A stretch of 60,153 bases of DNA, filler included, from Sphacelaria rigidula (lineage: Eukaryota): assembly GCA_964200075.2 (NCBI GenBank). It is 9 parts of 9 records of this genome, joined end to end, with 100 filler letters (N's around TTAATTAATTAA, not from the genome) between each part and the next. Parts side by side here need not be neighbours in the genome. Positions count along the whole stretch, not along the records: positions 6,696 to 13,290 come from CAXNAA020019156.1; positions 13,391 to 19,985 come from CAXNAA020019157.1; positions 20,086 to 26,680 come from CAXNAA020019158.1; 6 more parts are not named here. One strand, written 5' to 3'. Shown here one piece after another: positions 12,906 through 23,125 of this stretch (its first letter is position 1; every line of letters starts with the position of its first letter). A model generated the notes under the pieces. It was not told the DNA's origin, searched no databases, and was given only the letters and a program-made list of their open reading frames with translations. Made by a program: the position numbers and the translations under genes.

Positions 12906-13224
12906 GATCCTTGGTATATCGATGATATTTTCACAAGCACCATGCCATCATGAAACAAGCTTACGGTATATCTTCGAAAAGAGGCGGTGCTCTAGCACAC
13001 GGGGTCGCACACGCAAATAAAAGAGATACATGTTTACGTTAGCTGTCTGATGTCGTATGTGTACAGTGCTTGGTCGTTTCGCAATTGCATCTATCTCTCA
13101 ACAATTTTCGTCGCGGTACCAACTGTATTCTACCGCAAGATGCGCCAACCCCGGCCAGGCGGTGGGCATCGAATGAGCACTGCGTCTGTACGGCACCGAT
13201 CAACACGAGTCTATTCCTCATGTA

Positions 13225-13290
13225 CTTCCTCTGTCCCATAAGTAAAGTCCGTTATGGGCTTTTAATCGTTTGTGCATTCAAACTCTTCCG
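13225..13290 (+). mobile_element. End of a mariner/Stowaway-like element cut by the contig end
   Basis: TA|CTTCCTCTGTCCCATAAGTAAA, identical to the TIR at 57381. Confidence 0.85.
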
Positions 13291-13479
13291 NNNNNNNNNN
13301 NNNNNNNNNNNNNNNNNNNNNNNNNNNNNNNNNNTTAATTAATTAANNNNNNNNNNNNNNNNNNNNNNNNNNNNNNNNNNNNNNNNNNNNGTAGGGATGC
13401 GAGGTCAATGGTCTTATGACTATGGCATGCGTGATCATGAGTACATCCCCTCCCCTCCTACGGCCCCAGAATGAGGTTT

Positions 13480-13775
13480 GGGCGACGTGGGGAGTGGTGG
13501 TGCCGTCATTACCCGATATGGGGCCCCTCGGACCAGCGTGCACCTGCTTGACGCTTGACGTTGTCTCTTGTCCGCCCGAGAAACGGCAGTTTACAACTTA
13601 TAGTCTATGGCATACGGGGAAGCAAGTCCTGTACGTGTACTTGAAAACAGGGATGGTAGTGGCTGGGACTAGTGCGGGATGACCTACCTAGGGAATTTGC
13701 CGGGAAACGGCTCGCGTCTCAGTGCCGACCTGCTGCGGGCCCTTGCGAATGTAGGACTACGGCGATAACACAAAC
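13480..13775 (+). pseudogene. Frameshifted USP/C19-like protease C-terminal remnant, homologous to 48650-49140
   Basis: LWHTGKQVLYVYLKTGMVVAG then (other frame) LGNLPGNGSRLSADLLRALANV aligns with HWHSGRHVLYVYVKTDLQVVAR...SGNLPSDDSGLSSAFLRTLAHV. The homology is clear; the family call is tentative. Confidence 0.55.
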
Positions 13776-13860
13776 ACGGTGTACGATTCAATACATCTTG
13801 ACGCTTCCGTGCAACGACACATCACCATACCCCGGGTGCCTACGACAGACCTTCACTTAA

Positions 13861-13958
13861 CCCTTAGACCGCGAAGTTAGTCTTCTGTTGAATCGGCATC
13901 AATTTCAAGTGAAAAAAATCATGCATGATCCAGAAAGACTACTCTCGCGGTCTAAGGG
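13861..13958. mobile_element. 98-bp piggyBac-type MITE
   Basis: Perfect 14-bp TIR CCCTTAGACCGCGA; flanks TTAA / TTGA; second copy at 27002-27107. Confidence 0.85.
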
Positions 13959-13974
13959 TTGAGAGCCACTTCTA

Positions 13975-14085
13975 AGAAGGGCCCAGCCGAGACCGCTCCG
14001 TTTTCACCGCCGCAATCCAAGACCGCAATGTCACAAACACCGGAAAAAAATGAAATTGGAAGCGCCCTGGGCACAGGGGAATCTA
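13975..14085 (+). mobile_element. 3' terminus of the Helentron/Helitron2-like family
   Basis: About 110 bp similar to 32233-32343: TGAAATTGGAA subTIR, GCCCTG-GGCA-CAGGGG hairpin, AATCTA|T. Confidence 0.8.
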
Positions 14086-16104
14086 TTTATATCAGGCGAA
14101 AATATGCGCCGAGAGCAGGCATGCAAATTGGAAAGCGAGGGCAACACCGACGGAGTCAACGCCATGCGTCTATTGCGTACTTCATGACCAAGTTGTACCG
14201 GAGTCTTTGAACCACCCAACAGTTCTGTGAGACTTGAGCCGTCGTCATGATGCACTCCGCACCTGTGCTACTACTCATTTGACGTTTCCCAACGAACGGT
14301 AACACACTATTCACCTTATATTTAGGTACGCCCTGCACAGAATGCCCAGTTAGACACATGAAAACGAACTCTGGGAAAGTGTGATAATACAAGAGTCAAC
14401 AAACACCTCCTATCCCTGGGTGTTCCTGACGATGACTCCCCAACAGGCACGGTCATTGGGTACACTTCGTAGCTCTTGGCAAGACAAGGAAACGTCATAG
14501 TAAGGACTACAAGCACTCTACAACGATGTGCCTTCACAGCTGGGGGCCACGTTTACCAAACCAGGGCAGACGCAACCCCGACTGGAAGGTCGGGGTCACT
14601 TCAAAACGTTCCAAACACACATCGCACATATTTGGCTCCGGTTATATCTCGGTGGTTGAAGAGCAAGCAACGGCACTTTGGTTATGGCTCCGAGATTTCA
14701 GGATGTCACTGCTACTACAAAAATTGAATAGGGAATAACAAGTACTGCAGTCGGGTGTCTTTCAGGTTCCCTGAAGAAGTTCAGATAGTTGCGGGCAAAT
14801 GCGCCTGAAAGTATAAGACAACAGAGAATAATCAGGTGCACGCTTTACAATTCTGACCGAGTCCGACGCTCATGCTTCATGATGTGCATTATACTTACAT
14901 CTCCGTAACACGTAGGTCGGACATAGGACATGTTTCCTCAACCTACCTGTAATATGCTCTAAATCAGGGAAACTTGGAACCCGGGAGAGGAGCCAAGCAC
15001 AAAATACGTGCAAACCAGTAGACAAGGGGCAAAACAAGGACGACAGCAACGACAACGGAAACAGTAACAACAAAAAACAAATTTCAAAAAAGAGAAGTGA
15101 ACCGTTGCAGTAAAAGAGCAAAATGCTCGAGACGATGAACTAAATTGGAGAGGTTGTTCGTTCGCATCACCCCGGACGCCACCTCGAATGCCTACATAAT
15201 CATCATCCACAGAAAAGCCAAGATGACATCTCCAGGCTCGGTTGACTCTCATCGGGTGTATTTTATTTCAAGACGGGAATCTAAATGTCATGGACCACTG
15301 GACGTTTCCCTTCTACAAAAGCGATAACTCGCGCAATAAGAACTCATTACCTTCACCGCCAGGAAGTGCGCGTTTGGTCTCACTACCGGATCAGATCAGG
15401 ACCAAACAGAATGGAACGCAAGCACACGCTCGACACAAAGGCACACCACTCGTGTACGCCACTTTTGCGTGCTTCCATTCCCGCCGGCACCCGCACCTCG
15501 ACTCTCCTCTTCCCCACCAGCACCCTTCTATCTTGCTGGCTCCCCCTTACGTTACCACCTCTCTCTCCCATGGCATCGAATGATCGAGGACTCGAAAACA
15601 CACGCATTTTGCTATCAAAATATTTCACACGGTTCGTGCCCGTCACATCGCACGCTCGACGCCCGCCTAGACTGGTGAAGGTCGATAAAAACACAACACC
15701 TACAACGAAGGCAAGTAACCACTAGAAGAATACACGGCGCACATGTCTACGTGTGCAATCTATCATGAAAGATTCGAAAAGAGAAGTTGAAAGAATCTCC
15801 GTGGCAGCATATTTCCGCTAAAAATGAAGAAAAAAGTGCGCCCAGTATAAATTAAAGGTTAACATCAACAGCATAAACACCAATTTACCACCAACCAAAA
15901 ACGCACTGACGGACTTGAGAAACACAAGAAAACAAGGGGGAAATGCATATTCGGGGGGGGAATATACAGACATGCATACACACCGAGAGTTCGTGAGTGG
16001 ACAAAATGCATATAGCGAAACTTCGTCCGCAAACTTCTTACACTCAGGCACATTGTCATCTTCTCAATCGTGCTCCTCCTTCTCGCTCTACTTCCGGCGA
16101 AATA

Positions 16105-17835
16105 TTAATCCTCTGAGAATGAGCTCCCTGGTCGCATGTGCAAGAACAGCCCCCCCCTGCGAGAGCAAATGCACACGAACGCGTGTATTTTTCGCATGCA
16201 CGCGCGAGGTCAAATACCTCCGCCGTTAGACCCGCGATGAGGGGGGCAAACTTGGAATATATACATGCGTGATGGAATACGACAAGAAAGAACACAAGAT
16301 AGGCGAAGACCACTGCAACCTAGACCACTGCAACCTAGACCACTGCAACCTAGACCACTTCAACCTCAGTACAGACTGCAAAAACGGTCAACAGTCGAGC
16401 CGTGAAAACTAAACAAGAAAATAATGACAAACCAAACAGGACGAATAGAACACACACGCACACACACACGCTATCCTTCTCTTCCCCCAGAAACACCGCA
16501 CCTATCGCCCCTCGTGATGCGGATGTCCTCGTCCTGGTACTTGAAATCTAGATACCCCACCCGTCCCTTGAAGGGCAGCCTTACGGGGATCGGTCCAAAG
16601 TTAACCCGTGCTCGTTCAATGGTAGCCTCCAGCCTTTTCGTTCGCGAATAAACGGGAAATATCACGCACGGATGACACTATCAAATCAAAAATAGAAGAG
16701 CAAGCATACTCTAGCTTGCATAGTCAAAGAAACATGAGGGCATGGAGAGAACAGAGAACGTATCACCAAACACAACGTCACTAAATATACAACAGACCAA
16801 CACGTCCAACCAGAAGGAAACATGCAGAAAGGAATAACAGGCGGAAAGGCTCGTTGAAGAAAAAGGAAGAAGGAAAAAAAAAAAAAACTATGGAAGAAAA
16901 TAACGGATTAAACAGCGAAACCCGAGCAAAAGCAACAAAGCAATAGCAAGCACAATAGGGAAAGGAAAATAATATTCAGAATAAGCTAAGGATACAAAAA
17001 GGCAGCATGTGTCAAAGACAAAGGAAGCAGAAAAAAAAAAAAGGAAAATCGGGCCGTAAAATACGACGCAAAACCTCCGCAAAAGCAACAAGACAAGCAA
17101 TAACAAGCACAAAAAGGAGACTAAAGAACGATAAAAGAAGCCGAGAAAATACATGATGAAAACAAAACGAAACAACAGCGGAGGGGCCAATCATGTTTGC
17201 ATGAATCATCAGGCAACGTCTGTACGGGAGCAGTGTAAGAAAAATAGTACCGGGACACCAAGTATTCCAGGGTATCTCGAGTACTCGACAACAGAAATAT
17301 CCGAGTACTCCAGAGCACCTGGGGCATCGACTGCCTAAAATACTGAGTACTCCAGAGTATTTGGAGGACCGACTGCTCCAAGTGCGCTCAGTACATCAGA
17401 GTACAGTACCTAGGGTACTCGACTACCGAAAGAGTACTCGACAACAGAAATCACGTAGTACTCCAGAGTACCTACCTTAGTCGATTGCCGACAGTTCCAA
17501 GTATTCCACAATTCTTGGGGCACTCGACTTGGAGTACTTGACTTCCAAAAATACCGAGTATTCAGAGCATCGACTGCCGGAAATACCCGTACACGGACAC
17601 CATCCTACCGAAAGCACCTTCGGTAACATGGGGGTACTTCATGTATATGGACAATGCCACGATGAACGCTGCGGGTGGGTCATCACCGTAAACCTCACCG
17701 GTCAGGATTGCTCGGCTTCACGTTGTAGGAAAGATCTGCCGATACCTTAACCTTGCCACCCCACAGCCTCACGAGGTTCAGAAATCTCTTCCGTTTCACG
17801 TCGAAGTTCTGGAACCCCCTGTCTCCGGGCATCGC
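16105..17835 (-). CDS. PAP/fibrillin (plastid-lipid-associated) family protein, last three exons: 17699-17835, 16502-16633, 16105-16156
   Basis: GT-AG junctions are phase-compatible and give AMPGDRGFQNFDVKRKRFLNLVRLWGGKVKVSADLSYNVKPSNPDR-LEATIERARVNFGPIPVRLPFKGRVGYLDFKYQDEDIRITRGDR-GGLFLHMRPGSSFSED*. GxLxxxYxDxxIRITRGxRGGLF is the fibrillin C-terminal signature. 5' exons were not found. Confidence 0.88.
16307..16366. repeat. 15-bp intronic tandem repeat (AGACCACTGCAACCT x4)
   Basis: Directly visible. Confidence 0.9.
17240..17592. repeat. Degenerate intronic array built from palindromic GAGTACTC motifs
   Basis: Repeated GAGTACTCGAC / GAGTACTCCAGAG / AAGTATTCC / CATCGACTGCC units. Confidence 0.75.
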
Positions 17836-17886
17836 CTGCATACCATCATACACGGTCAACGGGGTCAGAAAATACCATCATAACAC

Positions 17887-17887
<1 letters not shown>

Positions 17888-17928
<41 letters not shown>
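17888..17928. repeat. (CAA)n microsatellite
   Basis: Directly visible. Confidence 0.95.
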
Positions 17929-19944
17929 TAGATGTTTTTTTTCTCCACGATCCAGCGTTCTAGTCTTATAGTACCATTTTCGTTCCGCTATAACCGTGCA
18001 GCACGTTTCTTCAAGCACGCAAAACTGGAAGGGAAAAACAAAAACATTCACACACCCATGTGTATATCAAACTTCTACACCCGGCCCCGTGTCCTGATTT
18101 TTACCGTGCCAACATCACGTTACGTCTTGTTTGTCACAGAGGTGCGCACGTTCCAAGTTCACTTGTCCATGTACATATGTTCATATCATATACACTCAGA
18201 TACTGCAACACCCGCGCCATGCTCGCCCGCACACTACAGTCCAGCGCAGCGCAGTATAGGAAAGTAATGAAGATTTCCCGAAGTTCCTGCGTCCCAGACG
18301 TCTCCCAGGCACACGCTAGCACGCACTACCCCGTCCCGGAAATTACCATCGAAGACCGACTTGCACATCTTCCCTCCCGCCAAGTACGACAGACGTCTCC
18401 CAGCGATTCGCTGATTAAAAGGCTGCTCGACCCTCTCAAGTAAGTTTCGAGTGAAAGCCTACACGATTTGATTTCGTCACCCTCATCGCAAAAACATGGT
18501 AGCGGGCCCTGCCCTGCTACGGTCAAGACTCTGGACCTCGGTCAGGTCCTCGCTACTGCAGGTATGCGCAACAACATCATGTACAAGAGATACTTTAGAT
18601 GGGCGATGCTTGGGAAAATGAAAATTCACAGTCAACTTTTCAGAGTGAGAGGTCGGCTTGGAGCTCTACTCTGAAACCGATGTGCCTCTTCAAACTTCAC
18701 AACGGAACGAAAAGGAACTACCTCGACCCTCGCCACCATGGTCACAGGCACTTCACAGTCAATAAACCTTAACAAGCAAAGTGGGAGATCCATCAAGACT
18801 GTCGTGGTCATCACAATGGACCATTCACCAAGTAGCAACGCTTGGCATCGCAATCAGAGGACCTCCCTGGCGCCGCCATGGTATCAGCATTCGCTTTGTT
18901 TTGTTGCGTGAAAATTTCAATGTTCGGCGGGTACAAGACGTACCTTGGGTGCAGGTCCTCACTCTCGCCAGCCTCAGTTGTAAGAAGACGGTGTGAATGA
19001 TACGTAGTCTACAGCGCACAAGCAGTGCTACACCTGGCTGCATTGTCATTCCGTTAGCGGTCATGACGTCTTGCACCACGGTTATGGGTGGCATGTTGGA
19101 AAACCATTGCAATGCGGCTTTGTCTGTTCTTTCGAAGTGCTGCGGTGCTGTACTTTTGTCTGCAAAGTACCGCTGTACTTGACCGTACGGCAATGTTCTG
19201 CTGTAGGGTTCTGCATTGCACTGTATGTACTCTATTCTGCGCAGCACTACAGCACTACAGTGCTCCGTAGTGCACCCTAGTGCAGTGAACTAGGGCAAGT
19301 GCGGTGAAGCGTAGTATACGGTACGGTACGGTGCCGCGGGGTATGGTACAACACAGACTCGCTACTGTTACTGTACAGTCAGTGCTGTGCTGACCTATGC
19401 ATTCGAACTGGACACTGGCCGATCGCACATTTTGCGGGGGAACCTGCGGCCAATCACTGCGACAAAAAAAAAAACGTCAAACCACGTCACATCAGCTTCC
19501 GCTATGAACTTTTCAGCGTCCACTGTGAACTTTCTAAATCTTCCACTCTGAAGTTCTTCCACTCTGACCCTATGACGAAAAAAACATAAACCGAAACTCT
19601 CTAGTGTTTTCCATTGTCCAGGATGTGATCGACTGCCGAAACTAGCGACAGTCCCGTGGTACTCAAGCGTACCGACAGAGAAACTAACCATGAACCCATG
19701 AGTGTCTTGTACCCTGCCCTACCGTTAGTACCGATGATACTTTGAACCATGCAATAGAGATCCATGCTGCAACTATACCTTTTGAAGGGATGGTGACCCC
19801 TCCCCGTTTCTAGTGAAGCAAAGCACCCACTCCCCATCCACTTGGTCTTCGTTAAACCTGAGGAATGAAACATATATATGTATACATATATCACGGCGCA
19901 AGACGTTAGGAATTGATGTGTCCTCTTTTTTATCCACAGGTTAA

Positions 19945-19985
19945 CCCTTTTGGGACTGGGCCTCCAGAACGACCAACGAGGCAGA
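19945..19985. mobile_element. End of a piggyBac-type element cut by the contig end
   Basis: TTAA|CCCTTTTGGGACTGGGCCTCCAGAACG matches the reverse complement of 37943-37973. Confidence 0.75.
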
Positions 19986-20479
19986 NNNNNNNNNNNNNNN
20001 NNNNNNNNNNNNNNNNNNNNNNNNNNNNNTTAATTAATTAANNNNNNNNNNNNNNNNNNNNNNNNNNNNNNNNNNNNNNNNNNNNTTCTCTTCCCGTCTG
20101 ACGGGGGCGTCTTCATGTGTGTAGGATTCGCCTCAGCCCAGAGGGGGGGGGGGGGACGTCATGAATCACCCGTTCAAAAACAGTGTGAATCCTCACGTAT
20201 CCGACCGTTGGCTCCGGTCTGGAGATTGCGCTGAGCGCAGTCGCACTAGCCTCCACAAGAACCTAAGCCGACGCGCGGATACAACATGCCTCCCCTACGC
20301 CCTTTCCCGCCACACCGATGCAATCCATTCCGTAGGGGCAAGACACTTCCGTGCACATGTGACCGACAGCTTAGTCTCGGCTCCAATTTCGGCATCCAAT
20401 CCTCTTCGTTGACACATGACTGTACTCTTCACGTATTCATTCATTCACCGTATGTTTCTGTATCCCTTTCATCGCCACT

Positions 20480-21150
20480 ATTTTGACGTAGCATCCATCA
20501 TGTAACTCGGCGTCATTAGCCGCCTTTCCCCGATGAGGTCTCTACTCACTCCTCTATTCCGTGCCCTGACCAGGCTGCGGATCCCACTTCCACGCCAATC
20601 AGCGAAAGCTTCTGACACCAAACCGCAAATAGTATTTACTCGTACCTTCTTTTGCAACATCCGTAAGGTCATTCCTGCTGCGGACGAGTGTGTCGTGCCA
20701 CCGATGCGAATCTCTGCAGGCGTTAGGCCAGCCAACGCCACCACCTGCCGCAACGTAGTCACCGCATCATACCGACGTCATATAAAAATTCCCCCGTTGT
20801 TCCAGATACCGTACGTCATCAGCGGGGCATCGACCGGGAACGCTTCATCAACTGACAGGAGCTTCAGTACTAGCGCGACCGTTCCGCCCCCGTCTCGAAA
20901 TGCCAACGGAAATCCCAAGCGAACACGCGTCACGACCGAATGGGAACTGACCCCTACGGGTTCCCGGAGACGCACGTCCGCCCGATTTGCCGTACCCCAA
21001 TCACGTCGGCGCAACTGCGTCTTTTCCTCATAAAATACCGTATCACCTCTACGTACAAGTTTACTGGGTGATAAGAACGAGACAAGATGAGTATATATCC
21101 TGTGTGATCTCATCAAAAGGAAAAGGAGGCACAGATACCCAACCACAACA
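20480..21150 (-). pseudogene. Tyrosine recombinase (YR) remnant
   Basis: LCLLFLLMRS, VRRGDTVFY...WGTANRADVRLR, APLMTY, LRQVVALAGLTPAEIRIGGTTH (cf. HSLRIGGAT). Confidence 0.85.
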
Positions 21151-22604
21151 CGTGAACACAGCGCGGTTTCGCTTCAATCCCATCAACGCATTCTTAATAA
21201 ACGAATATCCCTAGTACGCTCTCGCAGACGACCGCGCAATGGCATTTTGGACGAGCCCGAGTCCGAAAGCCTAAACACAGATGCCTCCCCTCTGTCCTGA
21301 TGTCCTGCAAATGCCATTGAATATCGGGACAGTGGGACGAGAGGTTAGCGGAAACACAATCCATGGGCCACCACAAATTGCTTTGGCCACATCATTGAAC
21401 ATTCCTAGAACATGCTTCGTCTCTACACCAAGCCTGAGTCAATTTCCAGCACACCAAGCATGCGCACCACGGCACCCGAACGCGGCTCCTTACCGCTCTG
21501 CGCTTATTCATACCCACATTACGGCGTACGGGTTGTCTTCGTACAACCGCACGCAACCAGCTCAAAACCTTGGATGTCTCCTGCAGAGAAGAGCTATTAT
21601 CGGTGCCGACACTACCATACCCAATCGTTCTAGTACATATATCGAATATCTACATCCGAGTGCACAGTAGGACCTCCAAAATGGGGTTGTTCCTCAGCGG
21701 TAGACTCATACCGCCACCACATGCCCGACGGCAAACAATCGCCCCTGATAGCCGCGTCCGACGCATCCAAAGGCACGGACGACGTGGGCGGGTGCAAAAC
21801 TAACCGTTATACCGGGGATTTTTTTGCTGTTCCACGCCGCGACAATCCATAGTCAACGACGCAACGCCACACGCTAGATCATCGTGACACTCCGGGCTCA
21901 ATACCACCACCCGCGCCATCATCGCCGCCCTCTTTTTTTTTTTTCAAAGGCATCCCCCGTCACAACTCGGGACGAGGATATATATATATATATATATACC
22001 GGCGGTTACGTCCGCTCAGCGACAATCTATCGCCAACCAGCCGACGCCGCACGCCTAAATCATCATGAAGTTCCGGGCTCAATACCATCACCCCGCCGTC
22101 TTTGAAAACATTCCCTGTCACTACACGGGATGGGGAGGGGCGGCGCACCCCAGTCGATACGGGCCCAATACCACCACCCGCGACATCGTCGCCGCCCCCC
22201 TTGAAAATCATCCCCCGTCACAACACTGGGCGGGAAGAGGTGGCGCACCCCAGCCAACGCGAGCATGCGGTAAACGAAGGGCTTTCCCGGACGTGAAATA
22301 AACGAGACGCGCAGCAGAAGAACAGTCAACGACGAAATCTCTCTCTCTGATGCACACTTGCGTTCTCGAGGCCACTGTAACCACGCCTTAGCAATTCGTT
22401 GCTGTTTGCCTCTGAATGCGAAATAGCGAGGGAGTCAGCATCAATCACCAAACCCAGTACTTCCAATCGTGTATTGTACCCCAGGCCGACATTTTGTTTT
22501 TTGCATCAAGCAACGCTCGCCCAGAAAACGAACATGGCCATAAAATAAGGGCCTCGCCCCAAACATCGCTCGCCATCTTGGGAAAATAATATGAACTTCC
22601 ACGA

Positions 22605-22705
22605 GTGCTTCAGTTTTGCTTTTCTCGGGTACGTCCATCATGCGACCACGGCTGGACCCATGGGTGGTCATTTAAAGTGCGACAATCAATCAATCAATCA
22701 ATCAA
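22605..22705 (+). mobile_element. Short non-LTR 3'-end insertion with (AATC)n tail
   Basis: CTCGGGTACGTCCATCATGCGACCACGGCTGG...GTGCGACAATCAATC; it interrupts the RT just after VDDSILV. Related copy at ~35905-36030 (minus). Confidence 0.8.
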
Positions 22706-22954
22706 CCAGTATACTGTCATCAACATGGGTGCGCATGAAAGACGGATGGCCATTCCTGCCGCCACCCCCTCAGAACTGCCTTACCGTCCACGCACAGAGT
22801 GGCAATGCGCCCCTGTCGGCGTCGTGCTATCTTGATAGACTGAGCTGCACAGCGACCGATGTCTGTCACCGCATGCGTGGACAAAAAAGGGGGATGTTGG
22901 TGAACGAATATTCCAAAGCAGCCGCCATCAAGCCGTGAAGTCCGGGGCTGCTGC

Positions 22955-23125
22955 CGGTTGATTTGATTTGATTTGATTTGATTGCCGCACTTGAACCGAC
23001 CCCCCAAGGATCCAACGGCGGTTACATGATGAATGTACCCGAGACAAAACAAAACTGAAACATTTTGCTGAAGAGAAAATGAGGAACAGAAAAGGTAGGA
23101 CAGAACAACAGAGGAGACTGAAACA
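22955..23125 (-). mobile_element. Short non-LTR 3'-end insertion with (AAATC)n tail
   Basis: Same family as 22605-22705; GCTGC duplicated at 22950-22954 and 23126-23130; it splits GWRS|SPG. Confidence 0.8.

Noticed and set aside
19490..19570. Candidate upstream fibrillin exon
   Set aside because: Weak donor site and no fibrillin-like sequence.
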